From Myxococcales bacterium (GTDB lineage: Bacteria > Myxococcota_A > UBA9042): a stretch of DNA of 35,753 nt. The notes below the pieces were generated by a model. That model saw only the letters and a program-made list of their open reading frames with translations, did not search any database and was not told the DNA's origin. The translations under genes were made by a program, and so were the position numbers. The stretch lies in NCBI GenBank assembly GCA_037441385.1, contig JBBISH010000062.1, positions 1-35,753 on the forward strand, in the 5' to 3' direction. Of this stretch, positions 8,567-16,954 are shown one piece after another. Numbering within the stretch: position 1 is the first letter of the stretch; each line of letters starts with the position of its first letter.

Positions 8567-9745
8567 TCACGCCCCAGCGCGGCCCCAGCGCCGCAGCAGC
8601 CCTTGCCGCGCCCCAGGCTGCAGGTTCGCCAATCGGACGTCGCCGCCATAGTGCGCCACCACTTGCTTGTCCATGACCGAGCGCCACAGCGGCGGCACCA
8701 GCGCCAGCAACAACATGGTCGCGTAACCCGATGGCAACTGGGGCGATTCGTCAAAGTGACGCAGGGCCTGGTAGCGGCGCGCCGGCCAGGCATGGTGATC
8801 CGAGTGCCGCTGCAGGTGATACAGCAGCAAATTCGATGCGGTGTGGTTCGAATTCCAGCTGTGCAGCGGGGTGCACAACTCGACCTTGCCGTTGGCGTCC
8901 TTCTGGCGCAGCAGCCCGTAGTGCTCGATGTAATTGACCACTTCCAAGAGCGAAAACCCAAAGACCGCCTGCACCGCCAGGAACCAGGCCAGCTCCGGAC
9001 CCAGCCACAGCAGCAGCGCGCCAAACAGCGCCACCGACATCGCCCACGCCGTCAGGACCTGATTGTGCAGCGACCACGGCGACTTGCCGTGGCGATCCAG
9101 GCGTTGTTTCTCTAGCTCCCACGCCGACTTGAATGACCCGACCACCGTGCGCGGCCAAAAAGCGTAGAACGACTCGCCCAGGCGCGAGCTGGCCGGATCT
9201 TCTGGCGTGGCCACGCGGGTGTGGTGACCGCGGTTGTGCTCGACAAAGAAATGCCCGTACGCCGTCTGCGCCAAGACGATGCGCGCCAACCAGCGCTCTA
9301 GGCTGGTCTTTTTGTGCCCCAGCTCGTGCGCCGTGGCGATGCCGACCCCGCCGACCGTGCCGACCGTGAGGCTCAGCCCCAATCGGTCCCACACGTCCAG
9401 AGACGGCTCGCGCACCGCCAGCCAACACCCGGCGACCAGCGCGGCGTACTGCAACGGCACAAAAGCGTAGGTACACCAGCGGTAGTAGCGGTCGCCGTCC
9501 AGCTGCGGGTAGACCCAATCGGGCGGGTTCGAGCGGTCGGTCCCGGCCAGAGCGTCCAAGAGCGGCACAATCGCGACGATCCACAATGGGCCGAGCCACC
9601 AGCCCAGGCGCAGCCCCGCAGTCTGGGCCAGCCAGGCCCCCAGCAGCGGCAAGAGCGGAACCACCAGCCCCAACAGCCACAGTAGCCGCTTCGAATCGGT
9701 CCAGCTGGCGGTCGAACCGTCTCTAGTGGCGGTATAGGTCGTCAC
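8567..9745 (-). CDS. alkB: Alkane 1-monooxygenase
   Basis: All AlkB histidine boxes are present: HELGHK, EHNRGHH, NYIEHYGL, LQRHSDHHA, with multiple TM helices. GTG at 9745 follows GAGGAG. Confidence 0.96.
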   Translation of the reverse strand: MTTYTATRDGSTASWTDSKRLLWLLGLVVPLLPLLGAWLAQTAGLRLGWWLGPLWIVAIVPLLDALAGTDRSNPPDWVYPQLDGDRYYRWCTYAFVPLQYAALVAGCWLAVREPSLDVWDRLGLSLTVGTVGGVGIATAHELGHKKTSLERWLARIVLAQTAYGHFFVEHNRGHHTRVATPEDPASSRLGESFYAFWPRTVVGSFKSAWELEKQRLDRHGKSPWSLHNQVLTAWAMSVALFGALLLWLGPELAWFLAVQAVFGFSLLEVVNYIEHYGLLRQKDANGKVELCTPLHSWNSNHTASNLLLYHLQRHSDHHAWPARRYQALRHFDESPQLPSGYATMLLLALVPPLWRSVMDKQVVAHYGGDVRLANLQPGARQGLLRRWGRAGA

Positions 9746-9799
9746 GCAGGGCTCCTCGCGCGTCCTCACCCGTCGAGCGTGGCAAAGTCGCCGGCCCTG

Positions 9800-9936
9800 T
9801 CAAGCCAGTTCCGTCCGAATCGGATCGAAAATACGGGCAATCTCTTGGGCCCGAACCGGGGTCCCGCCTGATTCTCGCCAGTTGCAGAACGGGTCAGAAA
9901 AGCCGTACAGGCGCGAATCAGGTGGAGTGCGTATCA
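9800..9936 (+). repeat. Repeat family B, full copy (137 bp)
   Basis: CCAGTTCCGTCCGAATCGGATCGAAAA...GAATCAGGTGGAGTGCGTATCA, near-identical to 30664-30801. Confidence 0.95.
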
Positions 9937-10070
9937 AGCCGATTGTGGCGCGTCGCGCTGGGGTGCAATGCTTGGCTCGCCGCGGCGTTCAAATCCCCTT
10001 GCCCGGCGCCCGCCCCGGCCGTATGCTGGCCCGTAGCTGTGCCCGCATTGGTCGCTTCGCGAGGTTCCCC

Positions 10071-10589
10071 ATGCGTTTCTCTGTTGCCACCGTGGTTTCT
10101 GTGACTCTGGCGCTCGGTTGTCTGGGCTGCGATGCCCTGGCCAACTACAAGACGGTCACGGTGGGCGAGTCCGTCGCGCTCCCCAAGGCCACCAGCGCGC
10201 ACAGCGGCGGGCCGGTGCTGCCTTCGGGCGAATTCGACGGCTGGGTCAGCTACACCAACGTGTCGTCGACTTGCCCTGCCGACTATCAAAGCCCGCAAAC
10301 CGGCACGCAGCGTGTCCACCTGACCGACGACGACGGCGCCCTGTTCCTGTCGACGCACGGCGACGCGGGCGGCTTCCCCGACCAAACGGGCCTTGTCACA
10401 GAGAAGGGGATCGAGCTACACGGTCTGCAACTGATTGGCTATAAAGGTGAAACGGTGGAATGCCGCGGCGTCACCACGATCTCCGTCACCGCCAACGCCG
10501 CCAAGCTGCGCATCCGCGAGGACATGAGCTCGCCCAGCCAACTCAACTGCACCAACACCATCGAAGTCAGCGTCCCGCGCAACTTGTAG
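10071..10589 (+). CDS. Hypothetical lipoprotein
   Basis: GAGG RBS, MRFSVATVVSVTLALGCLGC lipobox, small beta-rich domain, good GC3 codon usage. Confidence 0.75.
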   Translation: MRFSVATVVSVTLALGCLGCDALANYKTVTVGESVALPKATSAHSGGPVLPSGEFDGWVSYTNVSSTCPADYQSPQTGTQRVHLTDDDGALFLSTHGDAGGFPDQTGLVTEKGIELHGLQLIGYKGETVECRGVTTISVTANAAKLRIREDMSSPSQLNCTNTIEVSVPRNL

Positions 10590-10705
10590 GGCCGGCGCTG
10601 AAAGAGCGCGCCCGTGGTCAGCAAGTCCAGCCCGCCCAAGCGCCGCGGGCCAGGGAGCCCGATGGCGGTGCTGTGGTCCCCGGCGTTGGATGGGCTGGCC
10701 GTTGG

Positions 10706-10748
10706 GGGCCCGGAGAATTGCCGGAGTTTTCGAGCCGATTCAATTGGA
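10706..10748 (-). repeat. Repeat family B, degenerate left-half fragment
   Basis: GGGCCCGGAGAATTGCCGGAGTTTTCGAGCCGATTCAATTGGA versus the reverse complement of the 30664 copy: about 7 mismatches in 43 nt. Confidence 0.75.
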
Positions 10749-10760
10749 TTCCATCGCACA

Positions 10761-10818
10761 GTGTCGCCCGCAAGCCTGTGTCGCGCGCAAGCCTGTGTCG
10801 CGCACAAGCCTGTGCCGC
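10761..10818. repeat. Intergenic 17-bp tandem repeat (~3.4 units)
   Basis: GTGTCGCSCRCAAGCCT at 10761, 10778 and 10795 plus a partial unit. Confidence 0.9.
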
Positions 10819-10908
10819 CGCATGTGAATCTTGGGCGTGACAGGGCAAGCATGCACGCCTACCATGCGAGCGCAAATGGACCGCGAAGTGCGGCCAAAGG
10901 AAACGGTC

Positions 10909-11958
10909 ATGACGGACTCGCGCAGCGTTGCCGCGGCCTCCGTACCCGCGGATGGGGGGCCATTGGCGCCTTGGGACTGGGTCCAATGTCAGCCCGGCGT
11001 GCTTGGGCTGTACGAAAGCAACTACTTGCGCGGCCTCAGCCCCGACGGGGATACTGCCCTTTGGCTCAAGCACAACCTGCTCGCGCCGCGCGACCCCCGG
11101 CAGCCGACCTTGCTCGAGCTGTGGGCGGTGCTGCATCGCCGCGGTCAGCGGCCCCAGGTGCTGTGGCAGCGGCGTCCGGCGGCCGAAGTCGAGCTGGGCG
11201 ACCGGGTTCTGCACATCCAGGGGCCGGGCGTGCTCCTGACCCGCGAGCGGACGGCGAGCCAAGTGATCGACACCAGTCTGGCGGGCGAGCCGCGCATCGC
11301 GAGTTGGGACATCGCTTTGCAGCCTGCACCGGCGCCGCTGGGCGCCCCGCTGGTCCACTACCCCGACCCGCGCATGTACAAGTGGCCGTTACCCAAGAAG
11401 AAGATTCTGACGCCGGCGCCGCTGCTGGACCTGGCGGGTTGGCTGGAGTGGCCAGGCGAGCGGCTGGATCTGACCGGTTGGACGGGATTGCGCAACCACA
11501 ACTGGGGCACGGAGCACGCGCATCAGTACGCATTTGCCACCTGCAATGCCTTTGACGGCGCGCCAGGCTGGATCTTGGACGGACTCAGTGCGCGCCTGAA
11601 GATGGCCGGTCTGGTGCTGCCGCCGCTCTCCGTCGCCCTGGTTCGCACGCCGGATGGCGACCAGCCGTTCAACGACCTGGCCGGGGCCGTGCGGGTCAAG
11701 GCCGAGATGGCGTTCCCCAACTGGCGCGCCGAGTTCTTGCAGCGCGGTCGCCGCTTGCGGGTGGACGTTGCCGGCGATCCCGTCGACTTTGCTGGGTTGC
11801 GCTATCACCATCCCGGTGGTGCCGTAAGTTATTGCTACAACAGCAAGTTTGCCAAGCTGGTGCTGGAGCTCGATGGGCGCCAGATCACTTCGGACCGGGC
11901 CGAGCTGGAATTCGCCTTTGCTCGCCCGCTGCCCGACATCCCGGTCATTGGGCCGTAG
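10909..11958 (+). CDS. Hypothetical protein, possibly tocopherol-cyclase/AttH-like beta-barrel fold
   Basis: AAGGA RBS. YESNY...ALWLKH and HNWGTEHA motifs resemble the tocopherol cyclase/CrtC-AttH superfamily; the fold call is tentative. Confidence 0.6.
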   Translation: MTDSRSVAAASVPADGGPLAPWDWVQCQPGVLGLYESNYLRGLSPDGDTALWLKHNLLAPRDPRQPTLLELWAVLHRRGQRPQVLWQRRPAAEVELGDRVLHIQGPGVLLTRERTASQVIDTSLAGEPRIASWDIALQPAPAPLGAPLVHYPDPRMYKWPLPKKKILTPAPLLDLAGWLEWPGERLDLTGWTGLRNHNWGTEHAHQYAFATCNAFDGAPGWILDGLSARLKMAGLVLPPLSVALVRTPDGDQPFNDLAGAVRVKAEMAFPNWRAEFLQRGRRLRVDVAGDPVDFAGLRYHHPGGAVSYCYNSKFAKLVLELDGRQITSDRAELEFAFARPLPDIPVIGP

Positions 11959-11970
11959 CCGAGGCGCATC

Positions 11971-13881
11971 ATGGACTTGTCGCACGTGCTCGACCGCTGG
12001 CAGCAGGCTTTCGTCGCCGACCTGGGCCGTACCGTGGTGCCTGCAACGCCCGATATGCCGGGGTATTCCGAGGCAAGTCAGCAGCGCTTGCGCGACTACC
12101 TGGCCGAGCTGGCGCCGGCCCAGCGCTCGGGCGTCCACGTCGCTCTGGCCGCGGTCCAGGCGGCCCTGGGCAGGCGCCGCGACCCTGCGGGACTGGCGGC
12201 TGGTCTGGATCGGCTGGCCACCACGGCGGCCGGACGGCTGCTGCTGCATACGGCACTGATGCCGTTGAAAGTCAACCACTATGCTGGCCCAGAGGCCTAT
12301 GCGGCCATGGGGCTGCCGTTTGTCGCCCCGCCCTCGCCCCACCCATCGCAGGTGCGGCCCGGCGTGTTGGCGGCCGCGGACCTGGGCGAGCTCGAGCGCG
12401 AAGGCGTGGACGTGGTGGTGGTGGGCTCGGGGGCCGGCGGCGCGGTGGTGGCTGCGGAATTGGCGGCGCGCGGGGTGGCCGTCCTGGTCGTGGAAGAGGG
12501 CGCCTGGTTCGATCGCCGCGATTTTGCCGGGCCGGCGCACCTGCGCAGCACGCGCATGTACCGCAACGCCGCGCTGCTGGCCACAGTGGGCAACCCGCCG
12601 ATCTTCTTGCCGGTGGGGCGCACGGTCGGCGGTACGACGACCGTTAACAGCGGCACGTGCTTCCGCGCCCAGACTCGCATCCTAGAGCGGTGGGCGGGTC
12701 AAGGGCTGCCGGAACTGGCTCCCCAGCGCCTGGACGAGCGCTTTGCGCGGGTCGAGGCCGTGCTGCGGGTCACTCCGGCGAGCCCGCGCTACGTGGGCGA
12801 GGTGGGGCGCATCATCGCGCAGGGCTGCGACGCCCTGGGGCTCGAACACGGCCCGCTGCCTCGCAATGCGCCAGAATGCGACGGCCAAGGGCAGTGCGCC
12901 GCGGGTTGTCCGACCGAGGCCAAGCGCTCGACCGAAGTGTCGTATCTGCCGCTGGCTCTGCAGCGGGGCGCTGCCCTGTTGCCGCAAACGCAGGTGATTG
13001 GCGTGGAGTGTGCTGGCGCGCAGGTGCGCGGTGTGCGCGTGCGGCACCTGCCCACGGGCCAAGTGCGGACGATTGCGGTGAAACACTTGGTCGTGGCGGC
13101 CGGGTCGCTGCACACACCCGGGCTACTGCGGGCCGCGGGCGTGCACAACCCCAATCTGGGCGCGAACTTGTCGATTCACCCGGTGGGCGCAGCGTACGCC
13201 GCCTTTGACCGGCCCACCCAGCCGTTGACGTCGATTCCCCAGGGCTACGGCATCGATGCGTTTGCGCAGGCTGGTCTGTTGTTCGAAGGGGGGACGGTGG
13301 CGCCGGAGCTGACCGCCGGAGCCCTGCCGCTGCGCGGTCCAAATTTGCAGGAGGCCATGCACGGTTACGGCAAGATGGCCAATTTTGGCTTCTTGGTCGA
13401 AGACAAGGGCCGCGGGCGCGTCCTCGGCCGGTTGGGCGACTTGCCGGTCGTGCACTATCCGCTGGCACCCGAAGATGCCGTGCGCCTGCACCGCGGCCTG
13501 CTGCTGCTTGCCTCGGTGTTCTTAGAGGCTGGGGCGCGCTGGGTGCGGCCGCTGCTCTACCACGACGTGACGTTGCGCAGTCAGGCGGATGTACGCCAAT
13601 TTTCGGCCATGGCGCTGCCCAACAGCAGTCTGCAGCTGTCTGCCTATCACCCACTGGGCACCGCGCGTATGGCCCGCTATGCCCGCGACGGCGTGTGTGA
13701 TCCGCGCGGCCGGGTCCACGGCGCCCGCAATTTGTGGGTCGCCGACGGCTCGCTGCTGCCCAGTTCGCCCGGCGTCAACCCGCAGGTGACGATTATGGCG
13801 CTGGCCGACTTGGTGGCCGAGGCGTTGGCGGATGAGCTGGGGGCGCAGCGCCGCAAGAACAGGTCCCGGAGGTTGGCATGA
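11971..13881 (+). CDS. GMC family oxidoreductase (long-chain alcohol oxidase-like)
   Basis: VVVGSGAGG FAD motif, GRTVGGTTTVNSG, CxxGCPxxAKxS, HPLGTARM and ADGSLLPSSPGVNPQVTIMA. Confidence 0.93.
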   Translation: MDLSHVLDRWQQAFVADLGRTVVPATPDMPGYSEASQQRLRDYLAELAPAQRSGVHVALAAVQAALGRRRDPAGLAAGLDRLATTAAGRLLLHTALMPLKVNHYAGPEAYAAMGLPFVAPPSPHPSQVRPGVLAAADLGELEREGVDVVVVGSGAGGAVVAAELAARGVAVLVVEEGAWFDRRDFAGPAHLRSTRMYRNAALLATVGNPPIFLPVGRTVGGTTTVNSGTCFRAQTRILERWAGQGLPELAPQRLDERFARVEAVLRVTPASPRYVGEVGRIIAQGCDALGLEHGPLPRNAPECDGQGQCAAGCPTEAKRSTEVSYLPLALQRGAALLPQTQVIGVECAGAQVRGVRVRHLPTGQVRTIAVKHLVVAAGSLHTPGLLRAAGVHNPNLGANLSIHPVGAAYAAFDRPTQPLTSIPQGYGIDAFAQAGLLFEGGTVAPELTAGALPLRGPNLQEAMHGYGKMANFGFLVEDKGRGRVLGRLGDLPVVHYPLAPEDAVRLHRGLLLLASVFLEAGARWVRPLLYHDVTLRSQADVRQFSAMALPNSSLQLSAYHPLGTARMARYARDGVCDPRGRVHGARNLWVADGSLLPSSPGVNPQVTIMALADLVAEALADELGAQRRKNRSRRLA

Positions 13882-14537
13882 ATCAAGACGAATCCTTGCT
13901 TGCCCTGGAGACCCAGCGATTTTGCCGCGAAGACGTGCTGGCGCCGTGGGAACAGGTGCTGCGCTGCCTGCGCGGCGAGGCCACCACGGGCTGGCTGCGG
14001 CCGATGCTGGGCTTGGGGCCGCCGCTGCCACTGGGGCTGGTCCGCCTATTGATGCCGCCGTCGCTGGTGCGGACCTTCTTGGGCCGCGACGCCAACTTGC
14101 TGACCATCGTGCTGGACCGCCAGCGGGTGCGGGTGGTGTACATGGCGGTGGAGCGCGCCCTGCACGGGCACTACTTGGCGATGGAGCGGCTGGACAAGCG
14201 CTTGTCGAACCAGGACTTGGACGCGATCGCCCATTGTGTGGCGGCCGGCAACGAGCGGAAGGCCTTGCGGCTGGTGCAGGCGCACCTGGGGCGACTGGGG
14301 CTGGGCGAGTTCCGGCCGGCCGTTCTCAAGGTCGCCGACCTGCATTTTTTTGACGCATTTGCCCAGCTTTGCGTGGTACAGCGCCAGGGCACGCGTGCGC
14401 AGTGGTTGGCGCAGGCCGCGGCCGTGGCGCAGCAGGTGTTGGCCGAGCGGCTGCTGTATTTCTACCCGGCGGTGCCGGCCGAACGGTTGCTGCGGGCAGG
14501 GCGGTGGCTGGCAACGGCGCACGCTGCAGCCCTTTGA
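13878..14537 (+). CDS. Hypothetical protein
   Basis: ATGA overlap with the GMC stop, GGAGG RBS, protein-like composition. Confidence 0.75.
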   Translation: MNQDESLLALETQRFCREDVLAPWEQVLRCLRGEATTGWLRPMLGLGPPLPLGLVRLLMPPSLVRTFLGRDANLLTIVLDRQRVRVVYMAVERALHGHYLAMERLDKRLSNQDLDAIAHCVAAGNERKALRLVQAHLGRLGLGEFRPAVLKVADLHFFDAFAQLCVVQRQGTRAQWLAQAAAVAQQVLAERLLYFYPAVPAERLLRAGRWLATAHAAAL

Positions 14538-14540
14538 CGA

Positions 14541-15749
14541 TCAGCGCACGCACCGGGCTCTGTGCAGCTCGGCGACATCTTCGGCGTCGCTAAAGCCGTC
14601 CAAGAAGTGCACGTACCAGCGGTCGGTAGGCTTGCCGACGCGCTCGGTCTTGCTCCACGCGCCGTCGGCCGGCGCGCCGGCGAAGGCGGTGGCATCGATG
14701 GCCGGTGGATCGCGCAGCGGATCGACCAGCCCGCGCAGTTCGACAATGGTCGGCAGCCGCCAACCGCCGCCGTCCAGCCCCAATTGGTCACAGTAGCCAG
14801 AGGCTTGCATGTAGGTGAGCTGGCCCTTGCCATCCGTGCCGCCACCCGTGTCCAGTGTGCGTTGCCACGTCAGGCCGCTCCACTGGTCCAGCACCGTGCC
14901 GGCGGTCGCATTGACTTTGAACCGGGCAGGGGTGGTGGGCGGTTTGCCCATGCCGCGCACGCAGCGGACCGGGTGCTTCAGATTCGTGATTTCCGAAGTG
15001 GTGAAACCCCATTGAAAGTCCACCGTCCACGCTTCCAGGGGTGCCCCCAGCGTGCCGCTGCTGGACCAGTACGGCGCCGCGGCTGTGCCTGCAAAGATCT
15101 TGCTGGCGATCGCGGGGTCGTGCTGCTCGAAATCGACCAAACTCGCCAGTTCGACGCGGGTGGGCATTCGCCAGTCGGCCTTGCCGGCCAGGATCAGCTG
15201 GGTGTCGCAATAGGCCTCGGCCTCGTACCAGCTGCGCTGGTCGGCAGAAGCGGTCTGCTGCCATTGCAGTCCGGTCAGGCTGTCGACCACCGTGCCGTCG
15301 CCTTGGTCTTGCAGTTGCTTGGGACTGACTGGCCCGGTGCCCCAGTAGCTGGCGATGGCGGCGCAGACGACGGTCTTGCCTGCTGCGTCGCTGACGGTGA
15401 CGGCCTGGGTGCCCAGCCCGCACGTCACGGCGCACTGTCCCGCGGTGCAGGTACTCCAGGCGCCACAGTCGCTGCCGTTGGCTCGCGGCGTGTGCACGCA
15501 GCCGGTGCCCGCACAGGTGTCGTTTGTGCAGGGATTGTGGTCGTCGCATTGGCCGGCCGGGCAGGGTGCTGCGTCCGCTGGGCTCGCATCGACCGCGCTT
15601 GCATCGGCTTGCGACGCGTCGCCCGCTGTAGCGTCTTGGGCAGCTGCCGAGTCAGCCGAGCCAAACTGGCTCGCCGGCGGCACTTCTTGGGCACAGGCCG
15701 CGGCGGCAAGTGCCACAACTAGCCAAAATCGATGCATGGCAACGGACAT
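14541..15749 (-). CDS. Lipoprotein with two DUF1566 (Lcl C-terminal) domains
   Basis: LAAAAC lipobox, one CDDHNPCTNDTC repeat, then two copies of the pattern GTVxDxxxGLxWQ...YC..L...WRxPTxxELxxL...W.V.F..G......RCVR. Confidence 0.88.
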   Translation of the reverse strand: MSVAMHRFWLVVALAAAACAQEVPPASQFGSADSAAAQDATAGDASQADASAVDASPADAAPCPAGQCDDHNPCTNDTCAGTGCVHTPRANGSDCGAWSTCTAGQCAVTCGLGTQAVTVSDAAGKTVVCAAIASYWGTGPVSPKQLQDQGDGTVVDSLTGLQWQQTASADQRSWYEAEAYCDTQLILAGKADWRMPTRVELASLVDFEQHDPAIASKIFAGTAAAPYWSSSGTLGAPLEAWTVDFQWGFTTSEITNLKHPVRCVRGMGKPPTTPARFKVNATAGTVLDQWSGLTWQRTLDTGGGTDGKGQLTYMQASGYCDQLGLDGGGWRLPTIVELRGLVDPLRDPPAIDATAFAGAPADGAWSKTERVGKPTDRWYVHFLDGFSDAEDVAELHRARCVR

Positions 15750-15868
15750 GCGCTACCTCGGCGTGGGGGTTGCAGCTGGTGGGGCGCAGCGGGCCACGGG
15801 CCTTGCTCATCGTCCGCCGCTTGGGCCGCACGGGTCAAGATGCTGCGTCAGCCAGGTTGCCGCCGTGG

Positions 15869-16759
15869 TCAACTCGCTGCCGCAACAGGTTTCGCTCCGG
15901 CGGCCAGCAGCGCCGCGCGCATCCCTTCGCGGTCCGCTGGTGTGACGATGCAGCGCATCGCGCCGTCGATGACCAGGCCGCCGCGCATGCGCGTCGCCCA
16001 AACCCGTGCACGTTTCCTACCTTGCAGGTACCAGCCCACGTGCAGACCGGGCATGCCCACGCCCATCAGGCGCAGAGTCAACGGCGCGTCTTGGTCGCTG
16101 ACCGTGGCGCCAGCCAGTGCCACCGCGGTTTCGCCCCAACCCGTGCGGACCACCAGGTGCCCACCCTCTACGCGATAGCGCAGCAGTCCAGGCCCCTTCC
16201 AGACCAGCCAGGTCACGGCCGCGCCGGTCAGCAGCGTGATCACCAACAGCACCACCACCACCGCCGTCAGCGGCGCTCCCATGCTGTCGCGGCTTTCAAA
16301 GGCAAAGGGTTGGCGAGCGGTCAAGGCACGTTGCAGCGCGTCCAGGTCGGGGGCCTGCAGCAGCCAGCGCGCGCCCGGGGCCTGGATCAGCAGCGCTTGG
16401 TCGCCGCAGTCGGTGACCTGGAACACCTCGCCCAAGTCGGCGTAACTCCAAGTGCCTGTGCAATGACCGGGCATGGCCGTGCCCAGCACGCGGTGGCCGC
16501 CACGGACCGTAACCGGGCGCACACTCTGCACATCCGCCAACGCCAGCCGGTGCTCGTGGCGCAGCCAGCGCGGCCCCGCGGTCGCCGTCACTTCCGCGGG
16601 CGTCACTTGGATGATGCGATCACTGCCGAGCAGGAGTCCGCACAGCAGAACCGCCGCCGCTGCGACCACCGCCAGCACCACAGCGGCGAGTGCGCGGGCG
16701 CCGCGGCCGGTGGTCGGGGCAGGCAAGAAGGTCGTGGACTGGATCCCAGGGGTCGTCAT
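15869..16759 (-). CDS. Membrane protein with two bacterial PH-like domains
   Basis: This is the real C-terminal part of the 1392-aa ORF. Two units of TM + RxxGxxMPGxxxGxW/Y...PxD resemble bPH_5. Confidence 0.7.
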   Translation of the reverse strand: MTTPGIQSTTFLPAPTTGRGARALAAVVLAVVAAAAVLLCGLLLGSDRIIQVTPAEVTATAGPRWLRHEHRLALADVQSVRPVTVRGGHRVLGTAMPGHCTGTWSYADLGEVFQVTDCGDQALLIQAPGARWLLQAPDLDALQRALTARQPFAFESRDSMGAPLTAVVVVLLVITLLTGAAVTWLVWKGPGLLRYRVEGGHLVVRTGWGETAVALAGATVSDQDAPLTLRLMGVGMPGLHVGWYLQGRKRARVWATRMRGGLVIDGAMRCIVTPADREGMRAALLAAGAKPVAAAS

Positions 16760-16954
16760 GGCGCGATCGCGGCCCAGGTTGCGGGCCAGCCTGCAAAATA
16801 GGCGGCCAAGGGCCTGTAGCAAGCGAATTCGCCCTTGCGCGAAAAAGTCGAATTGGCCGCAGATCCGATGCGCCGCGGATGCGTCGAACGTGGTGGGAGC
16901 CTGCCCCCCACCGTTCCCACCGCCGGAGCCCGCGCGCCCGGCAGGAGGTTCAGC

